Part shown: piece by piece, positions 52,223 to 64,000 of the stretch
Position numbering within the stretch: position 1 is the stretch's first letter
How the letters are laid out: every line of letters begins with the position of its first letter
From: Eledone cirrhosa
Taxonomy: Eukaryota
DNA: 64,000 nt
Assembly (NCBI GenBank): GCA_964016885.1
Contig: OZ024753.1
Span: forward strand, 9,238,001 to 9,302,000
Reading direction: 5' to 3'
Made by a program: the position numbers and the translations under genes
Notes under the pieces: model-generated
What the model was told of the DNA's origin: nothing
The model's database searches: none
The model's input: only the letters and a program-made list of their open reading frames with translations

Positions 52223-52780
52223 AAAAGTGGATGAATACTTCAACAGGCACTAGGTACCTATAGAAATATGCAAGGTGTTTATAATAGTTGAGGTTCGATG
52301 GTACTAATTTGAAATACCAGAACAATAATTAGTACCATCGGACCACAACTATTATAAACACCTTGCATATTTCTATAGGTACCTAGTGCCTGTTGAAGTA
52401 TTCATCCACTTTTCTAATTGTTCTTATGTAGAGAACAAAACGTTGAATAATGCTGCTAATTTTAGTGGCAGTATAATATAAACAGCTATTACTATAATAA
52501 ACAGCCATTACTTGCAACCTGATTTTGCGTGTGTGTCCTTTTAATGGCCTGACCGCATGCGTTAGGCAGGAAGCGAAATATTGACTTACTGCAAGGCTAG
52601 CAACCTTATAGTATGGAAATAAGCTGTCTGAAAATCTATTTCTTTCCATTGGAAATTCTCTGGATTTCCAATTTTTGGAATGGTGAAACCGTCGGTAACA
52701 GCAATAGAACAGATGATTATTTAAATCGTTTTTTAATTTATTTAGAGAATTGTTTGATAACCACTTGCTCCGCTCTTTTT
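52223..52780 (+). mobile_element. PLE-like remnant: 5' inverted repeat (52223-52309 / 52328-52413) and 3' hammerhead, flanked by (TA)n
   Basis: Inverted repeat and hammerhead motif read directly. Confidence 0.7.
52623..52702 (+). ncRNA. Type I hammerhead ribozyme with a G8-to-A change
   Basis: Stem I GCUGU/ACAGC; CUGAAaA; stem II AUUGGAAAUU/GAUUUCCAAU; GAAACC(GUC)GGUA; GUA triplet. Confidence 0.7.
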
Positions 52781-52788
52781 ATATATAT

Positions 52789-53111
52789 GGAGGCACATGG
52801 CTTAGTGGTTAGAGCATTGGCCTTGCAATTGAAAGGTTGAGAGTTCAATTCTCAGACCGGGTGATGTGTTGTTTCCTTGAGCAAGACACTTTATTTCACA
52901 TTGCTCCAGAAATGAGATGATAGGGACTGGGGTCCCTATCATTCCACTGCAAAGTGGTCGTGTAGGTGCCACGGCAAAAAAAGCACCCAGCACTCACTGT
53001 AAATGAGGTTGGTGTTAGGAAGGGCATCCAGCTGTAGAAATCAAGCCAGAATCAGTTCCCGTCCTACCCTTGCAAGCAGGGAAAAGTGGACGTAAAATGA
53101 AATGATGATGA

Positions 53112-53115
<4 letters not shown>
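52789..53115 (+). mobile_element. SINE family A (short tail)
   Basis: As above. Confidence 0.9.
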
Positions 53116-53172
<57 letters not shown>

Positions 53173-53649
53173 CTGCCAGAAACTATGCTATGCTTACCAG
53201 TCAGGTTAAAACTATTTTATATCTAAACCAACCAAGAAATATGTCACACATCGAAATCATGACTTTTGATATGGAGCCAGCATCACTAAAATTTCTTCAA
53301 CTTTGAGCCATCAAAAGAAACCAGCAGGCTATATCTATTTTGGCAGTTTAACTTCACCTGCAGGCATGCTGTGAGCCTTCATATACTTTCTGGTTGTGTC
53401 AAAGAATCTCAGTTGCCATCATAAGGTGAAATAATTTCAATAGTCTTCTGTCTTGTTACTTAACTATTCTGGTTCCCTAAATTATCATCATCAACGTTTT
53501 TATGTCTGTTTTATATATATATAATAAATAATATAATATATACTATATATAGATAAATATTATATATTTTCTATTTCACTATATTTACATAAAATATGTA
53601 TCATTTGATATTTAATATACAATTATATTATCTCTATCATATTAAAGAT

Positions 53650-53881
53650 TAGTGAAAAGGAAAATATCTATGCAGAACTAATGAGAAATCTGCAGATACT
53701 CCACCCTGACTATACCTTCAGATTTATACCTGTGATTATTGGGGCACTGGGATATGTTAGTAACTGCCTCAGTACAAATCTTGAAAAGCTGGGCTTCACA
53801 GGAACAGAAAGAACACGACTAGTTAGGAAATTACAAGTACAATCCATTAATGGAACAGTAAAAATATGTAAAACATTTTAA
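53650..53881 (+). pseudogene. RLE-type (R4/NeSL-like) non-LTR element C-terminal fragment
   Basis: EKENIYAELMRNL..FIPVIIGALG..KLQVQSINGTVKICK. Confidence 0.75.
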
Positions 53882-54114
53882 AAATTCTGCATCTAATAAC
53901 TGCATCTAGACATGTACCGATACAAAGCATACACATAACTCAAAACATCCACATCCACACATACAATAACATTCATAACTGCATACACATTATTGCATGA
54001 GGACATACATACATATCTACCGAGTTGATGTCGTGTAAATTCCAGTGAGAGAGTGTGTCTATGTTAGAAACTGGTTGTCTCTCTCTCTCTCTAGTGGTAA
54101 GATTTTATAAAATT

Positions 54115-54460
54115 ATAAAACCATAAGAACATACATACCACTGATATTGTTGTTTGGGACCACACATTGTAAACGTGCTCTGATGTAGTGATCAGCTGTC
54201 CACTTGATGTCAACATTGTAAGAAAAATACAAGAGGAGGAGGACATCTATGGGCCATTGATGAGGAGTTTGCAGATCCAGTATCCAAGATACACATTCAG
54301 CTTCATACCCATCATTAGTGGAGCTACAGATTATATACCAACCCCCTTGGGCCAAAGTATACCTGAACTTGGATTTATTGACAAAGAGCGCAGCTCCCTA
54401 AACCATAGACTACAAATGGCTGCGATAGCGCTGGCACCTTCAAAATTTACAAAACATTCT
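54115..54460 (+). pseudogene. Second RLE-type non-LTR fragment
   Basis: DIVVWD..ISCPLDVNIVRKIQEEEDIYGPL..FIPIISGA. Confidence 0.7.
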
Positions 54461-55404
54461 TGTGATTCAAAAGATGACAATTTTTCTTCTTTTACAACCT
54501 TGCCACCAGGAAGGTGGCCAGTCAAAAATATACTCGAAATTAAGAGAAAGAGAAACATCCATACATACATATACATAATTATACATACAAGCACAATCTC
54601 CTTACACCGATATATGTATTAGTTACCTATTTTTACAATATTTTCATATGGAACAAAAAATATTGAAAATTGTTTAGTATCCTTGAACATTTTCTCAATA
54701 ATGCTTAACAATGCATTATGAAACATTTTATACACTTAAATGATCATGAAATATATTTTCATAAGTAATTTTTTTTATTTTCCATATCAGATAGGCAAAA
54801 TAATAGAATCTTCATTTTAGATTGAAGCAGGGAATGTATTGTAATTATATAATCCAGAAAATCATATTCATAAATTCCAAATATATAAATTTCTTAAGGT
54901 ATTTAATTATCTGATGTCTTATATGAATATTAAACTTTGCTTCTTTGTTCATCATTGTCAGTGATACTTTTTTAAATATTCAATAGAAACTGTAAAATCT
55001 TAGCAGTAGATGTCATAAGAACACCTTCACTAACGCAGTAATATCAATCAACGTCCCTTTATGGTCTGAGTTCAAATCCCGCCGAGTTCAAATCCCGCCG
55101 AGCTTAACTTTGCCTTTCATCCTTACGGGGGGGGGGGGTCGATAAAATAAAGTACCAGTGGTGTGCTGGGTACTTGCTTTCCTTGTGCCATTGTGCCAAA
55201 AGTAGAAACAATTAATCATGTTATTCTATATAGAAGAAGAAGAAGAAGAAGAAGAAGGAGGGGCATTTTTACAAAATGTAAGAAAATATAAAAAAAAAAA
55301 AAAAAAAGGTGCTGTTGATTTTTGTATAGTCTGTATAAAATAACTGAATATTTCTAGATGTATAAAATTATTCATATTTCTGAGGTGGTTGTGTTGATAT
55401 AGAG

Positions 55405-55460
55405 GAAGGTGTTAGGAAGGTGTTAGGAAGGTGTTAGGAAGGTGTTAGGAAGGTGTTAGG
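55405..55460 (+). repeat. 11-bp tandem (gttaggaaggt)n derived from the SINE/RTE tail motif gttaggaagggcatcc
   Basis: Direct reading. Confidence 0.85.
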
Positions 55461-55733
55461 AAGGTGTTAGGAAGGGCATCCAACGAGTGTATCAATGCCA
55501 AAACAATTATAAGCACAGTAACAAGTATAAATGTATGGCTGTGTGGTTAAGGAGTTAGCTTTGTAATCAGGTGGTCCTTAGGGTTCAGTCTCATCACTGC
55601 ATGCACCTTCGATAAGTGTCTTTTACTATAGCATTGAATTGGTCAATGGCTTGTGAATGAAATTTGGTAGACAAAGATTATGTGGAAGCCTGTCACACAC
55701 AAACATACACACACACATATATACATACATATA

Positions 55734-55780
<47 letters not shown>

Positions 55781-55820
55781 GTGTATATACATATATATAT
55801 ACATGTGTATATACATATAT

Positions 55821-55882
<62 letters not shown>

Positions 55883-55959
55883 TGTGGTGTATAAACCCAC
55901 TGAACTCAAACTATTAATTCAGTGTCCCTGTTATTAAGTATATATCCAGTGAAACCTCT

Positions 55960-56225
55960 AGCCCACACTGTAAAGTGGTTGTGTAGGTGTCATGGCAAAA
56001 AGCACCCAGTCCACACTGTAAAGTGGTTGTGTAGGTGACATAACAAAAAATGCCCAGTACTCACTTTAAATGTTGTTGGCATTAGAAAGGGCATCCAGTT
56101 GTAGAAACCAAGCCAAAATCAGTTCTGTATGAGCATGACATGGTCACCTGACCTAGCATTGCCCACAACAGGACAACTCATCTAACCCATGCCAGCATGG
56201 AAAAGTAGACATTAAATGGTGATGA
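55960..56225 (+). mobile_element. RTE/SINE long-tail fragment (another at ~58935-59205)
   Basis: Tail motifs present. Confidence 0.8.
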
Positions 56226-56429
56226 TACAGTAAACATAAGCATAGACATAGTCACACGCATACATATATGTTAATTTGAGCAACTAATTAAAGGCAGTGC
56301 CAAGGCATGGCCACATTCTAAAGTGCCACAGCATGGCCACACTCTAACAACTAAAACCAGTAAAATAATAAAACAATAAATGAACTTATCTACAGCAAAG
56401 TGAACTGATCTGGTAAAAGTGGACATGTT

Positions 56430-56655
56430 TTAACCCTTTAGCATTTAAAATGGCCATATCCGGCTAGAATTCTTTCACCTCTTTCTGTTCAAACCGGCCA
56501 CAACTGGCCACTCATGCTGCTGTTAAGGTATTGTTCTCAAAATAATAACATCAAAATCTCAGATTCGATATTATGTGAGATAATTATGTGAGTTAAAGCC
56601 TTTACCACAAAAATACAATAGTAAATATAGAGTAATGTAAATGATAGAGGGTTAA
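56430..56655 (-). mobile_element. piggyBac-like MITE with both TTAA sites
   Basis: TTAA-CCC...GGG-TTAA. Confidence 0.85.
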
Positions 56656-59380
56656 ATGTGTACACAATGCAAAGATAGCATAGACATTTGAGTGAATTGT
56701 ATGTAACCTATTTACAGCCAGATCGACTGAGCAGTACTAATAGAATAAGAACAACTGACCATTCCTTTTGCAACCTAATACATTATTGATTGGATCAGCA
56801 GTAATTGTTAGTAATGGAGAAACTGGGAAGAATGATTGGAAATGAGGTAGAGGCAGTTTTATAGCTCTTCAATTGCTGCTACTGAATAAATCTATCTATG
56901 ATGAGGACAAAATTAAAATCTTCTATGGCTCTAATCATAATAATACTCATTTTAAGGTTATGTATCATTCAATTTAATTTTACTTCCCTCGCTCACTTAT
57001 TTTTCTATTTCAGGGGGTTTATTTATGATTAATGCCTCACTGGTTCAGGTTGTTAGAAAGGACAATAGAACTGTAAAATTAGCCATGCTTGGGTAATTTT
57101 TATTTCACTGTCATCCCCATAAACATGGAAAATGGATATTAAATGAGGAACACTACTGCTGCAAATTATTAATGAGAGTTGTTATATCAACGATAGTCCT
57201 TAGAGTATTATGTCTCTTCCTTCCTCCTTGTTTAAATTTTATCTGAGGGTCCCTTATCAGTGCTACATCTCAAGAAAGGAAGGAAGGAGAGAATAACTAA
57301 AAGTAGGATAAATCTGTAGGAATGTTAATAAAATATATAATTAAAAAGTTTTATTCAAATATTTTTAGCTTTGACATGTGAAGGAATATGTCTAAATAGT
57401 TGCGGAAAGAAAGAAGAAAATATATGAAGCAAATATCTTAATTTTTATAAACAAACATTCATTATAGTCAGTCATTATTGTAGTGTGATAGAGAGATATA
57501 ACTGTGAGGATGGTAAGAAGGGAGAAGAGGAAACAGAAAAGACATATGGAAAAAGAGAGAGAAAATAAAAAAGACATGGAAAGGAGAGAAAACAGAAAAG
57601 ACATGGAAGAATGTAGGAAAAAAACAGAAAATGCATGTGGAAGGAGAGAGAAAAAAAAGGCAGATGGAAGAAGGGAAAAAACAGAAAAGACATGGAAGAA
57701 GGGAGAAAAAAAACCCAGAAAAGACATGTGGAAGAAGAAGATGATGATGATGATGATGATGAAGACAATGAAGAAGCAGCATCCAGCAATAGTCTGTATA
57801 TACTTCTTAGTGTTGTTTCCAGGGGTTAAAATAAATAATTAATGCGCCATACCATATACCTTTAACATGGTGGAGTTATAGAGCTGGCAGCATGGTACAC
57901 AGTATGTTTTAGGCATTTTAACCCTTTAGCATTTACATTATTTTATATTTACTGTTGTATTTTCCCAGTAAACACTTCATCTCATATAATTATCTCAAAT
58001 GATATCGGATCTATGAGATTTTGATATTATTTATTTTGAGAACAATACCTTAACATCAGTATGAGAAGCCAGTTATGACCAGCTTGAACAGAAAGAGGTG
58101 AGAGGATTCTGGTCGGATATGGCCAGTTTAGATGCAGAGCTCATCAATTAACCCTGTTCCCTCCTGCGTAATATCCTGAAAAAAATTCCCATCAGTATTA
58201 GTATTTATGCATTAAGCTATTTACACATTTGTTTGCACCAAGTTGGAATTGTGAGAAATAATTTGGCTTCAAAATCTCATTAAAAATTTAGGTTTGAAAA
58301 ATTTCTGCCTAAATAAAAAATGAATGGGCTAGAAAAGATAAGGTTGATAACTAGATTAAAAAGGGATTCAGCCAGGATTAGAACGGTAGAAACCTGTGGA
58401 TTAATAAAAATTTTAGTATTGGAAATCAGCAGAGTTAGTATTGTTTCTGTAGCTTTAAGAAATAATGATGGAAGAAAGCTAAAATAGAAAAAAAAATAGA
58501 ATAAATATGGCAGACATTTTTATCTGAATTCTTAGTTGCACAGCCATAATTTAAAAAGACCTTTATCAACAGATTTATCAGGGAAAAGAAAACTACTAGG
58601 AACTTTACACAGCCAATCAATTTACTGATTTTCCTTTAATAAACTATCCTGGGATGATATATTTTAAGATTTAAATATCAAGACCATATGCTTTAGATGA
58701 AGACAAGATGGCTCAGTCAAAGAACTGATTAAAGTATCACATGCTAAAAAAAACAAAATATTTTTATCTTGAAAGCAAAATCTATAACAGTTTTGGAGTT
58801 ATTATTATTGGAAGTAGATTAACAGGATTAAGAAAGCATCAGTATGTAATTATAACTGTTTACATTTTTAGTTTATATCGGGTACAAGCTGAAGCTCGAG
58901 TACAAGCCGAAGCTGAAGCATATAGACAGCAAGCTCCCACTGTAAAGTGGGCGTATAGGTGTCATGACAAAAAGGCACCCCGTCCACATGGTAAAGTGGT
59001 TGTGTAGGCGCCACAGTAAAAAAAGCACCCAGTACTCACTGTAAACGAGGTTGGTGTTAGGAAGGGCATCCAGAAACCAAGCCAAAATCAGTTCCGTATG
59101 AGCAAGGCATGGTCACCTGACCTGACCTGACATTGTCCACAACAGGACAACCCGTCTAACCCATGCTAGCGTGGAAGAATGGACATAAAATGGTGATGAT
59201 GATGATCCTGCTGTGGTAGATTTGGTATTTCATCCATCTGAAGGGGTGGATAAGATATATACCAGTCAAGTACTGGATCTATGTAATGGACTGTCCTCCT
59301 CCTCAAATTTTTGGCCTTGTCCCTATGTTAGAAATTACTTTTATAAGAACTAAGGTTGTTGAGTGCCAAACTGAAAAATG

Positions 59381-59495
59381 GCACAAAAGTCACGCACCAC
59401 TCTAATCATGAGAAAAAAAACGTTTATAGAAGAGACACAATAAAGATATGACAAAGTGTTATTTTATTGGTGCGTGACTTTTGCACCACCCTGTA
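59381..59495. mobile_element. Small Tc1/mariner-like TIR remnant
   Basis: caaaagtcacgcacca / tggtgcgtgacttttg..accctgta. Confidence 0.55.
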
Positions 59496-59777
59496 TATCT
59501 ACTGTAGTATTTAGAAACATGTCTTTATATTCTGGGTTCAAATCTCTTTCATATTATCTCTGATATCCCTCCCTCTCTCAATTAAGTAGCAGTAGTGTAT
59601 TGGTTTCAATTCAGTCAACTTCCCAGAAAATGTGTGGCCAGTATTTTGTGAGATCTTTCTAGATTTTGAGTTCAAATTCAGCTTGAGTGAACTTCAACTT
59701 TCATTTTTCTAGTGTTGACAAAATAATTATCAAACATGTACTACTTATGGTAGAAAGTATTATTATTATTATTATTA

Positions 59778-59995
59778 GGGCACTGGATTGGCAGTATTGG
59801 TAGAGGGTCAGACACCATGCTCTGCAGCATAGCCCTTTATGATCTGAGTTCAAATCCTGCCGAAGTTAACTTCGTCTTTCATCGTTACGGGGTCGATAAA
59901 ATAAAGTACCAGTCATGCACTGGGGTTAATTTAATCGACTTTTCCCTCCCCTAAAATTGCTGGCCTTGTGCCTATATGATAAACCATTATTGTTA
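59778..59995 (+). mobile_element. SINE family B
   Basis: Core motif present. Confidence 0.85.
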
Positions 59996-61544
59996 TTATT
60001 ATTTCATTTATCTTGCTTTATGTTCATTCGAGTTATCACCAAGTCACAACCAGTGACCTCAAGAGATAACAAGGTCCACCATGTTCAAGAAAACACACAC
60101 GCACACATGTATCTTTAGGTGTTTACACTTGTCATATATTTATATCAACAGAATATTCTTTAGTATATGGGCAGTTCCCATTAGAACTATCTTCTGTATT
60201 TCTTCTATACGTGGGTTTCCTGGGATTTGAGATAAGTAATCGTTAGACCCCTTAGGTATCATTCCTAGAATCTAGGAATCTCACTGAGGATGGCTTATCT
60301 TTTTACTCTCCACACCCACCCCTAATCAATAAAATAAAATAACTATCACTTTTTTTTTAGTCCATCGACAAGATTCCAGACCTCATTCACTTATCGAGTG
60401 AGATGGAACTTATCAAATCAGACCGAGGAAATAATGATACATTGATCTTTCCTTTTGTCTAGCTCATGCTAGCATGGATAAAATGGACGTAAACTGGTGA
60501 TGATGATTGCTGACACTATCTACTGGCTGCAACTCCTAGCAGAAAGAGCAATGTGAAATAAAATGTCTTGCTCAAGAACATAACGCATCACCCGGTCTGA
60601 GAATTGAACTCGCAACCTCACGATTTCTAATCCAACTCTCTAACCGCTGAAGTTTGACAAAAGAGATCGATAAAATAATTGAAAAACTTGGAAATATATA
60701 TACTGGTCCTTTCAAGGGGATGCTCCAGAATAGCAGCTGTATAATGACTGAAAGCAGTAAAAAAATAGAAGGATACAAGAATACATATTTTCAGATTATA
60801 TTTCCAGTCTGATTTTTCCCAATGCCAAATCCTTGCTAGCCTAGCAATTCTGGTGAGTATTTTTATTTAGTAGCATATTGATGTTGTCTACTTTAAAACA
60901 ACATCAGTCATCTTCTAGACAAAGCTTTTCATCTGAACATATTTACCATATATATATATGTCTGAAAAACTGAAGTTGTCAATTGATGATAACAAATACC
61001 ACTATCACTAAAAAAACATAGAATTTGGAAACTTGAGAAGAAATATTGGTTATGTTTGCAATGATACACCAAACACTGTCAAGTCGTAAATATAAATACT
61101 TATGTATTCTAAAACAAATATTATTTTAAAACCAATATTTAGTAATATTCAACATGGATTTCGTTTTAAAAAGTCATAGAATTCACTTAATTCTACTTAA
61201 AAGCATAAAATATACAATAGTTTACATGAATGTCTTGTACAAGAGCTATATTTTCTCAAAACTAAACTAAAGAAGCTAACTCTCTCTTTCAAGATAATAA
61301 AAATAATTGATTTAAATTTATATAATTGCATTCCAGTATAAGAAATTATGTCTTATTTCTTCCATCTCAGTTGAAATCCTGCTAAGGTCAACTTTGCCTT
61401 TTGTACTTTCAGGGGTTAATAAAAAAAAAACAAAAAAACAGTCCATTGTAGTGGACTGGCAAAATTATTAGATTGTTGGATAAAATTTCTTTACAGAACT
61501 TCTTACAAATATTTGTGTTCAGCGCTTAAATTCTGCTGCAGTAT

Positions 61545-61900
61545 ACTTGGGCCGTAGATTGAATATATTGCTTGGTTTAACACGATTGCTGACCGTATCT
61601 GTATCAGTGAGCTGTCCAACATTACCAGACTTAGACCAATTACATCAATTGTCAAGTCAAGAGTACTCAAATTATATGACCATATAAAAAGATCAATTCG
61701 TGGTGTGAGTAGGTTATGCCTAGAAGGAAGGTTGGCTGGTAAGAGAAGTAGAGGCCGGCAGCCAAAATGATGGCTTGATAATGTCAACCTATGAACTGGA
61801 CTTTATCTTTGCTCTTTAAACTCTGCTGTTGGTGATCGAACTTTGTGGAGAAAAATATCTCATGTTGATGTGCAGTCTGCAACTGGTGGAGTTTAGCGTC
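61545..61900 (+). mobile_element. Degenerate RTE-like LINE 3' fragment
   Basis: IVKSRVLKLYDHIKRS..LEGRLAGKRSRGRQPK*WLDNV. Confidence 0.75.
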
Positions 61901-62386
61901 AGGATATATACGGTTTAACACCACTACCTGATCCTTAGATGTAGGCATTTTGCAGGCATTCAAGGAATGTCTCCAGTTTCAGGATCCCCCCCCCCCCCAG
62001 AATCCCAGATAAAGGCTATGGGCACTTCCTTTCTATTCCTAATGTAACCCTTTAGCATTTACATTACTCTATATATACTATTATATTTTCACAGTAATAT
62101 CTCACATAATATTGAATGAGATTTTGATATTATTTATTTTGAGAACAATACCTTAACATCAGTATGAGTGGCTGGTTACAGCTGGTTTGAACAGAAAGAA
62201 GTGAGAGAATTCTGGCCGGATACGGCTGGTTAAAATGCTAAAGGGTTAGCAGTAAAAGAAAATATTTTGTAATATAATTTCATTACAGTATAAGTATTTG
62301 TGGCTTAATCAAACTATAAGAAGCTTTATGGCACAACAGGAATATTTAATTATTTATCAAGTCTTAAATTTAAGAGTTAATAAGTA

Positions 62387-63852
62387 CCCTATATACTTGA
62401 ATATAAGCTGACCCAAATATAAGCTAACCCCCTATTTTATGTCTAAGAAATGGGCAACAATCCAAACCCCATATATAAATTGAGTCAGATAATCAACACA
62501 TTATGTTTAGCTGGTGAGGTTTTGAAATTCTCATGAGTATAAAATATATTTATGAAGTTTTAATATATTGATGTTCAAACTAGTCATAACCGTCCAGAAC
62601 TCTCTCACCTCTTTCTCTTCAAACCAGCTGTAACCGGCCACTCATACTGATGTTAAGGTGTTGTTCTCAAAATATATAATATCAAAATCTCATAGATTCA
62701 AATATTATGTGAGATAATTAGGTGAGGTAAGCCTTTAGCATGAAAATATAATAGTAAATATAGAGTAATGTAAATGCTAAAGGGTTAAAATGTTTTAAGT
62801 CTTGTTTAGAATATAGTTTTTTTTATATACAACTCAATTACATTAATCCTTTAGCATTTATATTACTCTACATATCCTACTGTATTGTATTTTCACAGTA
62901 AAGGCTTTATCTCACATAATATTGAATCTATGCGATTTTGATATTATTTATTTTGAGAACAATATGTTAATCTAAGTATGAGTGGTTAGTTACAACCAGT
63001 TTAAACAGAGAGAGGTGAGGGAATTCTGGCCGGTTATGGCCGGTTTAAATGCTAAAGGGTTAAGCTTTAACAAGTTCTTTTTGGCTCATTTCTGGCCACT
63101 CCCATGCTAGGAGACCTTTGAAAGGAAGATATCAAATAAAGAACTTGGTTTGTTTGCAAATAAGAACATGGTTCATTTGTGAAGACATATAGGAAGAAGA
63201 AAAACTGAATACATGAGCCAGTGGCTATAGTCTTATCAAGTGCATGTGTGAATTGATGTTCTCTCTCTCTTTCACTCACTGCCTCTGTCTCTCTCTTTCA
63301 CTCACTGCCTCTGTCTCTCTCGGTCTCTCCATCTCTCAGAACTTTGTATAGAGATTCACAGAGTAGGAGCAGGATAGAGAGAGAACAAGCAAGAGAGAGG
63401 AGTGGCAGAATGAGAAAAAGAATAGGTGAGAGTGAGAAGGGAGAGAGAGAGAGAGAGTGTTTGGGAGAAATAAAATAAAATCAGATTTCAATCTTACATG
63501 AGATTGAAAGAAGAAATAATATTAAGTCAGAGAAAGACATGTATGCGTATGTGTGTGCACATGTGCATACATGTGTGTGCACATGTGCATACATGTGTGT
63601 GTGTATGAGATATTTATGTATTAAAATCTGTTGAATATATTTTCAAGGGAAGGCATAACACCAATGACAATGTAGAAAAACAATGTAGTAAAATAATCAC
63701 TCCAGATATTTTAACACCTTATTTATATAGAATTTGAAGTTGGGGAAAATCGTCAAAAATATTCACCCCAAATATAAGCTGACCCCCCCTCCCCCCCATT
63801 TTAACATTTTTTTTGGTCACATATTCCCCACCTTATATTCAAGCATTTACTG
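62387..63852. mobile_element. Non-autonomous Tc1/mariner-pogo-like element with two nested piggyBac MITEs
   Basis: TA-CCCTATATACTTGAATATAAG ... CTTATATTCAAGCATTTACTG-TA; subterminal aatataagctgaccc repeats at both ends. Confidence 0.65.
62843..63063 (+). mobile_element. piggyBac-like MITE
   Basis: TTAA-tCCTTTAGCATTTA ... TAAATGCTAAAGGG-TTAA. Confidence 0.85.
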
Positions 63853-64000
63853 TAATAAATATGTAGCAAGAATAAGAATAGAAAAACACAATGAAATGGA
63901 TGTTCTTTTGAACATGTTAACCTTGGCAGGATCTGAATTGATGATAATAATAATTGTTTCTATCCTTGGCACAACGCCACCAATTATCCCAATGCATTAC

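Overview
AT-rich, microsatellite-dense eukaryotic (invertebrate) DNA. The repeat inventory (RTE LINEs with (GAT)n tails, CORE- and Meta-type tRNA SINEs, R4-like RLE fragments, abundant (TA)n) resembles an octopod/mollusc genome, which is an inference. There is no prokaryotic content, no CRISPR array and no confidently identifiable host gene; most long ORFs in the track are translations of simple repeats. The only substantial coding region is a 5'-truncated but uninterrupted RTE LINE ORF (22530-25398, minus strand) with APE endonuclease, reverse transcriptase and a PHD-type zinc finger inserted inside the RT. Main observations: (1) at least six type I hammerhead-ribozyme-like motifs or partial cores in Penelope/retrozyme-like remnants in or beside (TA)n tracts, several converted into fold-back palindromes centred on the ribozyme; (2) minisatellites that arose from transposon parts, including a 64-bp array of an LTR end plus tRNA primer-binding site and a 39-bp array inside a solo LTR; (3) one SINE family carrying either of two RTE-derived tails, with both donor LINE types present in the window.
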